Below, piece by piece: positions 13,398-26,857 of a DNA stretch of 64,000 bases. Position 1 is the stretch's first letter; each line of letters opens with the position of its first letter. The notes below the pieces were generated by a model. That model saw only the letters and a list, made by a program, of their open reading frames with translations. It was not told where the DNA came from and made no database searches. Origin of the DNA: Lingula anatina (lineage: Eukaryota > Animalia > Brachiopoda); contig CM120640.1 of assembly GCA_051362555.1 (NCBI GenBank), positions 30,337,967 to 30,401,966 on the forward strand. The letters run 5' to 3'. A program made the translations under genes and the position numbers.

Positions 13398-16300
13398 CAT
13401 AATAGACACAGCAAACAATATAAACAGACACATAGACATACAGGGAAAACACCATCATGCAGAGTAATAGTAATGATTACAAACAAATAGAGTGACAAAG
13501 CTGACATACACAGTGCTCACAATAAATACAAACACAAACAGTGACAACACAAACATGCACAATAATCAAAATATATAAAAACAAACACAGTCAAAATACA
13601 GACATACACAGTGATTAGAAAAAAATTTGATGTGTGCAGTGACAACAGTAATGTTCACCATAATGGGAATGAACACAAGGAAAAAGAGTGAAAACAAAGT
13701 CATATACAGATAAACACATTCAGTAACAATACAGAATAGACACAGCAAACAGCATATAAACAGACACATAGACATAAAGTGACAACACCATCATGCAGAG
13801 TAATGGAATTGATTACAAACAAATAGAGTAAAAAAAACTGACATACACAGTGCTCACAATAAATACAAACATCAACATAAAAAAATGACATAAACAGTGG
13901 TCAAAATAAATATTAACATGTACAGTGACAGTAGTAACGTGCACAATATTTAAAATGAATACATACAAACACAGTCACAATACAGACATACACAGTGATC
14001 AGAATAAATTTTAACATGTACAGTGACCACACAACCATGCATAGTAACAAGAATAAACACAAATTAATCAGGTGATTACACAGTCATACACAGTGATCAC
14101 AATATATATACAAACACATTCAATGACAATACAGAATGGAAACAGTTATCAGAATATAAACAGACACATAAACTATAATGACAGTGACAACACCAACATG
14201 CACAGTTAAAATAATGACTAAAATTAAATAAACAGACAAAATGCACATCCACATTGCTGACAATAGATATAAACACAAACAGTGCCAATGCTAAAATGCA
14301 CATTGATCAAAATGACTACAAACAAACAGAGTGACAAAACTGACATACACAGTGCTCACAATAAATACAAACACGAACAGTGACAACACAAACATGCACA
14401 GTAATCAAAATAAATAAAAACAAGCACAGTCAAAACACAGACATACACAGTGATTAGAAAAAATATCAAATGTACATTGACAACAGTAACGTGCACCATA
14501 ATGAGAACGAACACAACGAAAAAAAGTAAAAAACATAGCCGCACACAGTCATCACAGTATGTACAAACTCATTCAGTAACAATACAGAAAAGACACAGCA
14601 AACAGAATATAAACAGACACATTGAGATACAGTGACAACACCATCATGCAGAGTAATAGTAATGATTGCAAACAAATAGAGTGACAAAACTGACATAGAC
14701 AGTGCTCACAATAAATACAAATATTAACAGTAACAACACCAACAAACACAGTAATCAAAATAAATACAAACAAACACAGTCAAAAAACAGAAACACACTG
14801 ATTAGAAAAAAATTTCACATGTACAGTGACAACAATGACATTCACCATAATGACAATGAACACAAGGAAAAAGAGTGAAAAAAATTCAAATGTACAGTGA
14901 CAACAGTAACGTTCACCAAAATGGGAATGAACACGAGGAAAAAGAGTGAAAACAAAGTCATACACAGTCATCTTGTTATGCACAAACACATTCAGTAACA
15001 ATACAGAATAGAAACAGCAAACAGCATATAAACAGACACATAAGCATATAGTGACAACACCATTATGCAGAGTAATGGTAATGATTACAAACAAATAGAC
15101 TAAAAAAAACTAGCATACACAGTGCTCACAATAAATACAAACATCAACAGTAACAACACCAACAAACACAGTAATCAAAATATATAAAAACAAACACAGT
15201 CAAAATACAGACAAACACGGTGATTAGAAAAAATTTGACGTGTACAGTGACAACAGTAACGTTCATCATAATGGGAATGAACACAAGGAAAAAGAGTGAA
15301 AACAAAGTCATACACCGTCATCACAATATATATAAACACATTCAGTAACAATACAGAATAGACACAGCAAAGAGCTACAATATAAACAGACACATAGATA
15401 TACAGTGACAACACCATCATGCAGAGTAATGGTAAAGATTTCAAACAAATAGAGTAAAAAAAACTGACAAACACAGTGCTCACAATAAATACAAACACAA
15501 ACAGTGACAACACAAACATGCACAGTAATCAAAATATATGAAAACAAACACAGTCAAAATACAGACATACACAGTGATTAGAAAAAATTTGACGTGTACA
15601 GTGACAACAGTAACGTTCACCATAATGGGAATGAACACAAGGAAAAAGAGTGAAAACAAAGTCATACACAGTCATCACAATATATATAAACACATTCAGT
15701 AACAATACAGAATAGACACAGCCAACAGCACATAAACAGACACATATACATAAAGTGACAACACCATCATGCAGATTAATGGTAAAGATTTCAAACAAAT
15801 AGAGTAAAAAAAACTGACAAACACAGTGCTCACAATAAATACAAACACAAACAGTGACAACACAAACATGCACAGTAATCAAAATATATGAAAACAAACA
15901 CAGTCAAAATACAGACATACACAGCGATTAGAAAAAATTTGACATGTACAGTGACAATACTAACATTCACCATAATAAGAATGAACACAACGAAAAGGAG
16001 TGGAAACGAAGTTGTACACAGTCATCTCATAATGTACAAACACATTCAGTAACAATACAGAATAGACACAGCAGACAGAATATAAAGAGACACATAGAGA
16101 TACAGTGACAACACCATCATGAAGAGCAATAGTAATGATTACAAACAAATAGAGTGACAAAACTGACATACACAATGCTCACAATAAATACAAACACGAA
16201 CAGTGACAACACAAACATGCACAGTTACCAAAATAAATAAAAACAAATACAGTTAAAATACAGACAAACACAGTAATTAGAAACAAATTTCACATGTACA

Positions 16301-19300
16301 GTGAGAACAGTAACATTTACCATAATGTGAATGAACAAAATGCAAAAGAGTGAATACGAAGTTGTATACAGTCATCTCATAATGTACAAACACATTCAGT
16401 AACAATACATAATAGACACAGGAAACAGAATATAAACAGACACATTGACCTACAGTGACAACACCATTAATTCAGAGTAATAGTAATGATTACAAACAAA
16501 TAGAGTAGCAAAACTGACATACACAGTGCTCACGAAAAATACAAATATCAACAGTAATAAGACCAACAAACACAGTAATCAAAATAAATACAAACAAACA
16601 CAGTCAGAAAACAGACAAAGACGGTGATTAGAAAAAAAATTCACATGTACAGTGACAACAATGACATTCACCATAATGAGAATGAACACAAGGAAAAAGA
16701 GTGAAAAAATTTCAAATGTACAGGGACAACAGTAATATTCAGCTCTGACAATGAGCACAAGATAAAAGAGTGAAAACAAAGTCATACACAGTCATCTTGT
16801 TATGAACAAACACATTCAGTAAGAATACAGAATAGAAACCGCAAACAGCATATAAACAGACACATAAACATATAGTGACAACACCATCATGGAGAGTAAC
16901 GGTAATGATTACAAACAAATAGACTAAAAAAAACTGGCATACACAGTGCTCACAATAAATACAAACATCAACAGTAACAACACCAACAAACACAGTAATC
17001 AAAATATATAAAAACAAACACAGTCAAAATACAGACAAACACGGTGATTAGAACAAATTTGACGTGTACAGTGACAACAGTAACGTTCATCATAATGAGA
17101 ATGAACACAACGAAAAAGAGTGAAAACAAAGTCATACACCGTCATCACAATATATATAAACACATTCAGTAACAATACAGAATAGAAACAGCAAACAGCA
17201 TATAAACAGACACATAGACATAAAGTGACAACACCATCATGCAGAGTAATGGTAAAGATTTCAAACAAATAGAGTAAAAAAAACTGACAAACACAGTGCT
17301 CACAATAAATGCAAACACAAACAGTGACAACACAAACATGCACAGTAATCAAAATATATAAAAACAAACACAGTCAAAATACAGACATACATAGTGATTA
17401 GAAAAACTTTGACGTGTACAGTGACAACAGTAACGTTCACCATAATGGGAATGAACACAAGGAAAAAGAGTGAAAACAAAGTCATACACAGTCATCTCAT
17501 AATGTACAAACACATTCAGTAACAATACAGAATAGACACAGAGCAGACAGAATATAAAGAGACACATAGAGATACAGTGACAACACCATCATGAAGAGCA
17601 ATAGTAATGATTACAAACAAATAGAGTGACAAAACTGACATACACAATGCTCACAATAAATACAAACACGAACAGTGACAACACAAACATGCACAGTTAC
17701 CAAAATAAATAAAAACAAATACAGTTAAAATACAGACAAACACAGTAATTAGAAACAAATTTCACATGTACAGTGAGAACAGTAACATTTACCATAATGT
17801 GAATGAACAAAATGCAAAAGAGTGAATACGAAGTTGTATACAGTCATCTCATAATGTACAAACACATTCAGTAACAATACATAATAGACACAGGAAACAG
17901 AATATAAACAGACACATTGACCTACAGTGACAACACCATTAATTCAGAGTAATAGTAATGATTACAAACAAATAGAGTAGCAAAACTGACATACACAGTG
18001 CTCACAAAAAATACAAATATCAACAGTAATAAGACCAACAAACACAGTAATCAAAATAAATACAAACAAACACAGTCAGAAAACAGACAAAGACAGTGAT
18101 TAGAAAAAAATTCACATGTACAGTGACAACAATGACATTCACCATAATGAGAATGAACACAAGGAAAAAGAGTGAAAAAATTTCAAATGTACAGGGACAA
18201 CAGTAATATTCAGCTCTGACAATGAGCACAAGATAAAAGAGTGAAAACAAAGTCATACGCAGTCATCTTGTTATGAACAAACACATTCAGTAACAATACA
18301 GAATAGAAACCGCAAACAGCATATAAACAGACACATAAACATATAGTGACAACACCATCATGGAGAGTAACGGTAATGATTACAAACAAATAGACTAAAA
18401 AAAACTGGCATACACAGTGCTCACAATAAATACAAACATCAACAGTAACAACACCAACAAACACAGTAATCAAAATATATAAAAACAAACACAGTCAAAA
18501 TACAGACAAACACAGTGATTAGAACAAATTTGACGTGTACAGTGACAACAGTAACATTCACCATAATGAGAATGAACACAACGAAAAAGAGTGAAAACAA
18601 TGCCATACACAGTCATCACAATATATATAAATACATTCAGTAACAATACAGAATAGAAACAGCAAACAGCATGTAAACAGACACATAGACATAAAGTGAC
18701 AACACCATCATGCAGAGTAATGGTAAAGATTTCAAACAAATAGAGTAAAAAAAACTGACAAACACAGTGCTCACAATAAATACAAACACAAACAGTGACA
18801 ACACAAACATGCACAGTAATCAAAATATATAAAAACAAACACAGTCAAAATACAGACATACATAGTGATTAGAAAAACTTTGACGTGTACAGTGACAACA
18901 GTAACGTTCACCATAATGGGAATGAACACAAGGAAAAAGAGTGAAAACAAAGTCATACACAGTCATCTCATAATGTACAAACACATTCAGTAACAATACA
19001 GAATAGACACAGCAGACAGAATATAAAGAGACACATAGAGATACAGTGACAACACCATCATGAAGAGCAATAGTAATGATTACAAACAAATAGAGTGACA
19101 AAACTGACATACACAATGCTCACAATAAATACAAACACGAACAGTGACAACACAAACATGCACAGTAACCAAAATAAATAAAAACAAATACAGTTAAAAT
19201 ACAGACAAACACAGTAATTAGAAACAAATTTCACATGTACAGTGAGAACAGTAACATTTACCATAATGTGAATGAACAAAATGCAAAAGAGTGAATACGA

Positions 19301-20748
19301 AGTTGTATACAGTCATCTCATAATGTACAAACACATTCAGTAACAATACATAATAGACACAGGAAACAGAATATAAACAGACACATTGACCTACAGTGAC
19401 AACACCATTAATTCAGAGTAATAGTAATGATTACAAACAAATAGAGTAGCAAAACTGACATACACAGTGCTCACAAAAAATACAAATATCAACAGTAATA
19501 AGACCAACAAACACAGTAATCAAAATATATAAAAACAAACACAGTCAAAATACAGACAAACACAGTGATTAGAACAAATTTGACGTGTACAGTGACAACA
19601 GTAACGTTCACCATAATGAGAATGAACACAAGGAAAAAGAGTGAAAACAATGCCATACACAGTCATCACAATATATATATACACATTCAGTAACAATACA
19701 GAATAGACACAGCAAACAGCATGTAAACAGACACATAGACATAAGGTGACAACACCATCATGCAGAGTAATGGTAAAGATTTCAAACAAATAGAGTAAAA
19801 AAAACTGACAAACACAGTGCTCACAATAAATACAAACACAAACAGTGACAACACAAACATGCACAGTAATCAAAATATATGAAAACAAACACAGTCAAAA
19901 TACAGACATACACAGTGATTAGAAAAAATTTGACGTGTACAGTGACAACAGTAACGTTCACCATAATGGGAATGAACACAACGAAAAAGAGTGAAAACAA
20001 TGCCATACACAGTCATCACAATATATATATACACATTCAGTAACAATACAGAATAGACACAGCAAACAGCACGTAAACAGACACATAGACATAAAGTGAC
20101 AACACCATCATGCAGATTAATGGTATTTATTACAAACAAATAGAGTAAAAAAAAACTGATATACAAAGAGCTCACAATAAATACAAACATCAACATAAAC
20201 AAACTGACATAAAAAGTGATCAGAATAAATTTTAACATGTACAGTGACAACACAACCATGCATAGTAACAAGAATAAACACAAATTAATCGGGTGATTAC
20301 ACAGTCATACACAGTGATCACAATATATATACAAACACATTCAATGACAATACAGAATGGAAACATTTATCAGAGTTTAAACAGACACATAAACTATAAT
20401 GACAGTGACAACACCACCATGCACACTTAAAATAATGACTAATAATAAATATACTGACAAAACTGACTTTCACATTGTTGACAATAAATATAAACACAAA
20501 CATTGCCAACACTAAAATGCACAGTAATCAGAATGACAAAACTGACATACACAGTGCTCGCAATAAATACAAACACCAACAGTAACAACATGAACAAACA
20601 CAGTAATCAAAATTAAAAAAAAACACAATCTCAAAACAGTCAAACACAGTGGTTAGAAAAAAAATTTCACATGTACAGTGACAACAGTAACGTTCATCAT
20701 AATGGGAATGAACACAAGGAAAAAGAGTGAAAACAAAGTCATACACAG

Positions 20749-21635
20749 TGTAACACCTGGCAAATTTTAGCTAGCTGAACATTTAACCTAACTATTAAGT
20801 TTTACCATGTATTGCCAATGACTAATAAGAGTACGCTGTAAGGTGCTGACCCCTATTGCTGATAGAAAGTATTAACCAGCAAATAGTTTCTTTTGATTGT
20901 CTTTTAATGAGATTCCTTGAGGGGGTTTAAATTTCCTAGCACAGCACATTCCTTTGTTCTGTTCTTGAGAGGAAGAAAACGCATTTTTAATAATCCCAGA
21001 AGTTGTTTAAACCAAGTGTATACCTTTGAGAACCCTGTCCAACCAGGAATGTGAGTAAAATTATTTTTTAATGTCATTTTTTGTAACTGGAGAGAAATTA
21101 AGATGCGCTTAGTTAAGTGAATTGTTGTTTTTGGCTTGTTTTTGAGTTACTGAGAAGCAGAAGCAGTTTGACCCACATTGATTTTAATTGATTTATCTAC
21201 ACGTACTGTACTAGTTCTTTGCTGTGAAATTTAATGGTTTTTATGACACACCTTGTCTTATGTGGTAGAATTTTTATAAGTAAAACATGTTTAAGGTTCA
21301 ATTAGATATTCTGAAGGAGTAATGCGCCTCATGCTTTCTCTGCTGTCTCATGTTACACAAATTGTGCTAGTTGTCTCAAAGATGTTGGGTGCCTAAATTG
21401 TGCCATATTGTGCTATTGCAGATTTCTCAATTACAGCATTCTAGATTATTTCCATTGTAATTATTGCATTAAAGTAGTTAAGTATTTTATTTATTTATTT
21501 ATTCAATTTTTTGTTTCAGTTTAAACTTTCGTTGATTGACGAGTATTTTATAACTGGTACAGACAGAGAAGAGAATAAACAACTTATATCACCCCAACAA
21601 GACTCTATTCCTTTTCTAACACTACTTGTGTTACA
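20749..21635 (+). mobile_element. Solo LTR (887 bp), 5-bp TSD (BEL/Pao or Gypsy type)
   Basis: TGTAACAC...GTGTTACA termini; CACAG duplicated at 20744-20748 and 21636-21640; AATAAA at ~21574. Confidence 0.88.
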
Positions 21636-21660
21636 CACAGTCATCACAATATATACAAAC

Positions 21661-21829
21661 CAGGGGCGGATTTAAGCCGTCTTCTGGGTCTTCCGGAAGA
21701 CGGTCAGATTTTCAAGTTTACATTGACGGGTATCTAATTTTTTTCTGTCGGAAGACGGTCAAAAATGAACAATGGATCAACAAAGATAATTTGGAAGACT
21801 GTCAGAAAATATCTCTGAATCCGCCCCTG
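21661..21829. mobile_element. hAT-like MITE with apparent 5-bp TSD
   Basis: TIR CAGGGGCGGATT / AATCCGCCCCTG; CAAAC on both sides. Confidence 0.8.
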
Positions 21830-21982
21830 CAAACTCATTCAGTAACAATACAGAATAGACACAGCAAAGAGAATATAAATATTAAGAATATTAACAGGCA
21901 CATAGAGATACAGTGACAATGCCATCATGCAGAGTAATGGTAATGATTACCAACAAATAGAGTGACAAAACTGACATACACA

Positions 21983-23944
21983 CGGCGGGATTGGGTATCA
22001 GATCCACCGCGACATAGGTCCAAGAATAAATCAACACAACTTAGTATGTACTTCAGGTTTATGCAACATTGTAACCTTGCAGACTTAAACCTCTTTCTGC
22101 ATTACCCCTTCTATCGGTATACTACATGTGCCCTTACATTCGCCTGTCAACAAACACTACTTCAGCACCAACATATTTACTTATCCTTTCAAAAAAATAT
22201 GTCACTCTAAAACATGTTGTAGATAACAGCAGTTGTATTCATGGAACAGTGTAAGTTTACATTTTCATGATATTATTACATTAGTTCTTGGACTAATCAA
22301 TCTAAAACAAGTTAAAGTTACACAGATACAAAACATACCAAAATTTTAGTGCAAAGGTTGAGCATAAACAAACAATATGATTATAAATACAAATACGAGT
22401 AAGAAGTTATTACAATGATTAGCTAAGTATGTCCTTGCTCTCACCCATGTGGCTCTGAAGGTAGAGAAAAGGAGATATAAAGGCTTGACCAGTATCTCAA
22501 CTACAGGGTAGAACCGACTAGGAAGTATACTGGTACAAAAGAAAAGATTTAAGAAAAGAGAGACCACACCAGGTAAAGACAAGATCTTACCAGTTTCTCA
22601 TTTTAAATAAGCCAAGGTTTAATAATTATTATAAAGATGTCTACTGCCTTTTCCTCTTTGATAAAAGTTTCTGTGATTGCCTTGCTGTTTGTGTCCCAAT
22701 TCTTTGTTCAGTTTTTGTATTTTCTTTTGCAACAATTCATTTTCGTCATAAATTTCACAATATAGTTTGGCATTGTTCTTTGCAGTGTTGAAAGTTGTAA
22801 GATATATCTGTATGATGTCATCTATTGTTTTGTCCTTTTTAAATTTCAAGGTGTTGTCTATCACAAGGGTGCCAAGTCCATGATTTGTTATAACATTGCT
22901 GAATCTTTTCAGATCTTCTTCAGATTTGCACACTGTTTCTTCTAACATTTTGATCCTCAATTCTATTTTTGAAATTGTGCTTTCCAAACTCTGCATGGTT
23001 TTTAGGCTCTGGTCCAACTGTGATTCTTTCTTTTAGATCTCTTTAGTAAGTTTATGGCACTTAGCTTGTAATAGCTGCAGTTCTGTTTTGGAGGTTGCAG
23101 ATAAGTCTATAACATCAGCCAAATTTTCACACTCTTGGAATGGTAAATCAGTCCGGATATTGATTTTTGAAAAACTATTTTCTTCTGTCACAGGTAACTT
23201 ACTTGTGTCTACGGTTTCTTCAGATAAAGGAACAGCCCTTCTCATTTCTCTCTCTTCCAGCCATTTTTGTTTTCTCTGTTTATCTCTCCTTATTCTAGAT
23301 GGTGTCTTTTTCTTCACTACTTTCATTGCTGAGAGGGTGTTGACCTCACTGCTCATCATTTTCGGGGTCCTTGGGTCTGTTTTCCACTTCAGGGTAATAA
23401 ACAGTTCTTCACCCACCTTACTCACACTGTACATTGATGGTACTTGGTCGACTTCCAGTAGAATATTAAAAATAGCTGCTGGTAAGATATTTTGTCTCCC
23501 AAGTCTTTCCATCTTTGTTGCGAGAGGTACTGGGGAAGTTACAATGCCTAAGGTCCTCCAACAGTTATCACGGCGGGATTGGGTATCAGATCCACCGCGA
23601 CATACAGGTAGGTCCAAGAATAAATCAACACAACTTAGTATGTACTTCAGGTTTATTCCTGGTCAAGAGCTGGGACCTCCAGTCAGCTTGTTCAGCTGTC
23701 TGGTGTAGCCAAGTCCAGTCTTCCTTCTCAGAGAATACATACATGTTATATAGCCTATCTGAACAATGCACAATGAACAATGAACTTAATTACAGGTAGG
23801 ACGATGACTTAAGTTTAAATTATAATTAAAGAGTGTGGTCGGAGACGTCTGGCTATGCTAACAGAGAGACCACTGTCTGACCATTTCCTTTGAAGCCAAA
23901 TGACACATCCGACCCATTAATTTTACAATAATTCAGTTGTGATA
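21983..23944 (-). mobile_element. Unclassified LTR-like non-autonomous element without TSD
   Basis: Clean insertion into satellite (CATACACA|GTGCTC). Has a ~380-bp 5' unit TATCAC..GTGATA (23944-23566) with TATA and AATAAA; its last ~82 bp are repeated at the 3' end (22062-21981). Confidence 0.8.
22619..23512 (-). pseudogene. ~297-codon orphan ORF with one in-frame stop; basic KKKTPSRIRRDKQR motif and coiled coil
   Basis: ORFs 23033-23617 and 22619-23017 are in frame across TAA at 23033-23035 (KEI*KKESQLDQSLK). ATG at 23512. Confidence 0.7.
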
Positions 23945-24269
23945 GTGCTCACAATAAATACCAACACGAACAGTGACAACAAAAACATGCACAGTAATCA
24001 AAATAAATAAAAACATACACAGTCAAAACAAAAAAAAATTCACATGTACAGTGACAGCAGTAACATTTACCGTAATAAGAATGAACACAAGGAAAAAGAG
24101 TGAAATGAAGTCATACACAGTCATCACAATATATACAAACACATTCAGTAACAATACACAATAAACACATAGACACAGCAAATACCATATAAACAGACAC
24201 ATAGACATACAGTGACAACACCATCATGCAGAGTAATAGTTATGATTACAAACAAATAGAGTAACAAAA

Positions 24270-24526
24270 CTTAAACCACGGCTAGCACGTAGAACAAAAG
24301 ACTCGGCCGTGCTGTATTTGACATACAAGCACGTCATGTACGAGTGCGTTCCACGGTTTGTTGCACTACTAGTGTAGTAGACAATCAGAGGCCGTGGTTT
24401 AAGCCAGATACAACACTCGTCGCCGAGCTGTACGTGAAAATTACTCGTGTATTGTCTCGCCTGCGGCTCGCCAATACACTCGTAATATTTCACGTACAGC
24501 TCGGCGACTCGTATTGTATCTATCAC
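24270..24526. mobile_element. Crypton-like non-autonomous double-hairpin element, second family
   Basis: CTTAAACCACGG..CCGTGGTTTAAG-CC-AGATACAA..hairpin..TTGTATCTATCAC, inserted at AAACT|GAC with only an ACT overlap. Other copies at 24751-24910 (partial, inverted) and 39874-40128 (inverted). Confidence 0.65.
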
Positions 24527-24750
24527 TGACATACACAGTGCTCACAATAAATACAAACATCAACAGTAACTACACCAACAAACAGTAATCAAAATAAATA
24601 CAAAGAAACACAGTCACAAAACAGACAAAGACAGTGATTAGAAAAAAAAATTCACATGTACAGTGACAACAATGACATTCACCATAATGAGAATGAACAC
24701 AAGGAAAAAGAGTGAAAAATTTTCAAATGTACAGGGACAACAGTAATATT

Positions 24751-25880
24751 CAGCTCGGCGATGAGTGTTGTATCTGGCTTAAACCACGGCCTCTGATTTG
24801 CTACTACATTAGTAGTGCAACAGACCGTGGAACGCACTCGTACATGACGTGCTTGTATGTCGAATACAGCACGGTCAAGTCTTTTGTTCTATGCGCTAGC
24901 TGTGGATTAAGTATATTTATATATATAGTTATAGTTATCTGTTTATATATATATACATGTACACAATAAACAGGTCATATATACATATATATATTAATCT
25001 AAACCTTGGAAATTTTAACATACATTTATACCCTACATATATTTAGCCATCAAACATGTACTACTGCTACACACATCCAGGCTAAAAGGGTGTACCATGC
25101 TTAGGTGCAAAACATGCTTAGGAGCTAAATGCGTTGAAAAATCAGACAAAGCAGGCACTTGGATGTTTTTACAGTGTACTTTATAATTGTGTACCTGTGT
25201 TTTGTACCAAAAATAAAAACATTTCAGGTCATTTAATGTCTTTTTATGCAAGAATGTTGTCCAACAACTGGGTTTGATACATTGTTATCTGACGTTGATC
25301 TCATTTTCAAATCCAATGTTAATCCAACATCTTGTCAACGTTGAAGCTCAACATTGTTTCAACATTGAAACAATAAAATTTCCTGCTGGGTGGGGTTGAT
25401 ATAACATTGTTTTTTGACATTGATACAACATTGTTATCTGAGGTTGACACAATTTTCAAATCCAATGTTTATCCAATGTCTTCTCAACGTTATGGTTCAA
25501 CGTTGTTTAAATGTTAAAACAACATAATTTGGGACAGCAAACAGAATATAAACAGACACATAGACATACAGTGACAACACCATCATGCAGAGTAATAATA
25601 ATGATTAAAAACAAATAGAGTGACAAAACTGACCTACAAAGTGCTCACAATAAATGCAAACATGAACAGTAACATCACCAACAAACACAGTCATCAAAAT
25701 AAATACAAACAAACACAATCACTAAACAGACATACGCAGTGATTAGAAAAAAAATTCACATGTACAGTGACAACAGTAACATTTACCGTAATAAGAATGA
25801 ACACAAGGAAAAAGAGTGAAAATGAAGTCATACACAGTCATCACAATATATACAAACACATTCAGTAACAATACAAAATA
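24751..25880 (+). repeat. Segment duplicated at ~39970-41070 (Crypton-like part, unique DNA, CAACGTTG-repeat transposon end, satellite)
   Basis: Near-identical sequence; ORF pairs 24712/39874 and 25033/40232. Confidence 0.9.
25250..25533 (-). mobile_element. CCC-terminus DNA-transposon end with CAACGTTG/CAACATTG subterminal repeats (copy at 40450-40732)
   Basis: Repeated CAACGTTG variants ending AATTTGGG at the satellite junction. Confidence 0.55.
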
Positions 25881-26349
25881 GACAGCAAACATGTACAGTG
25901 ACAACAGTAATGTATATCGTAAAAAGAAAGAAGACAAGGAAAAAGATTGAAAACATAGCAGTACACAGTCATCACAATATATGCAAACACATTCAGTAAC
26001 CATACAGAATAGACACAGCAAATATAAGATAAACAGGCATACAGTAACAATACCATCATGCACAGTAATAGTAATGATTACAAACACAGTAACAAACTGA
26101 CATACACAGTGATCAAAATAAATATTAACATGCACAGTGATGATAGTAGCGTGCACCGCAATGAGAATGAACTAAAGGAAAAATAGTGAAAACATGGCCG
26201 TAAAATGTCATCACAATATATATGAGCACATTCAGTAACAATACATTATAGACACAGGGGACAGAATATAAATGTGCACATGGAGATACATAAGATAAAC
26301 AAACACACAGGGACACAGTGACAACACAATCATGCAGAGTAATAGTAAA

Positions 26350-26857
26350 TCCCTATTTCACAAAGAAAATGTTCCTATTGCAATGATGTGGAGGACGAAT
26401 TCCATTTTATACTGGGTTGCTCTAGATATTTAGATTTAAGAAAAAGGTTCATCAAACCTTTCTACTGCAATAGACCCTTGGTGTTCAAATTGGTTCTCCT
26501 GCTGAATTCTTCCAGTAAGAAAGTATTATGTAACCTGGCACGATATCTTAGCCAAGCAGGAAGGCTTCGGCATGAGATCTAATCTAATTTGATCTAATTT
26601 GATCCAATTTGATCTCATTTGATTCAATTTGATTTAATTTGATTTATTTAAGTAGTTTATTTATATTTAAGTACTCATGTATCTAATTTACTACAGGTAC
26701 TATTATTATTGTTATGATGATTATGATTGCGATTATTTATATTATAATTATTCTTTGTAATAACCCTATAGTTGTTGTAACTTCAGTCGTTGTAACATTT
26801 GTACCAGTACTAGACTGATGGTCCTCAAGAGACCAAGGTAATAAATAAATGAAATGA
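26350..26857 (+). mobile_element. 5'-truncated LINE (RTEX-like C-terminal Zn knuckle) with 9-bp TSD
   Basis: RKCSYCNDVEDEFHFILGCSRYLDLRKRFI; tail AATAAATAAATGAAATG; AATAGTAAA at 26341-26349 and 26858-26866. Confidence 0.85.

Noticed and set aside
15900-19560. 1471 bp is about 10 x 147 bp nucleosome cores
   Set aside because: Ignores linker DNA and is explained by whole numbers of ~50-bp monomers; numerical coincidence without MNase data.
13400-20740. Regularly spaced ACAGTGACAAC cores resembling a CRISPR array
   Set aside because: The intervening sequences recur in fixed order as HOR monomers rather than unique spacers; no cas genes; eukaryotic context.
23545-23565. TGGAGGACC as a tRNA-Gln primer-binding site
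   Set aside because: Only ~6 contiguous bases match; too weak to call.
23088-23708. 206-aa plus-strand ORF
   Set aside because: Antisense shadow of the lysine-rich minus-strand ORF; non-ATG start and no motifs.
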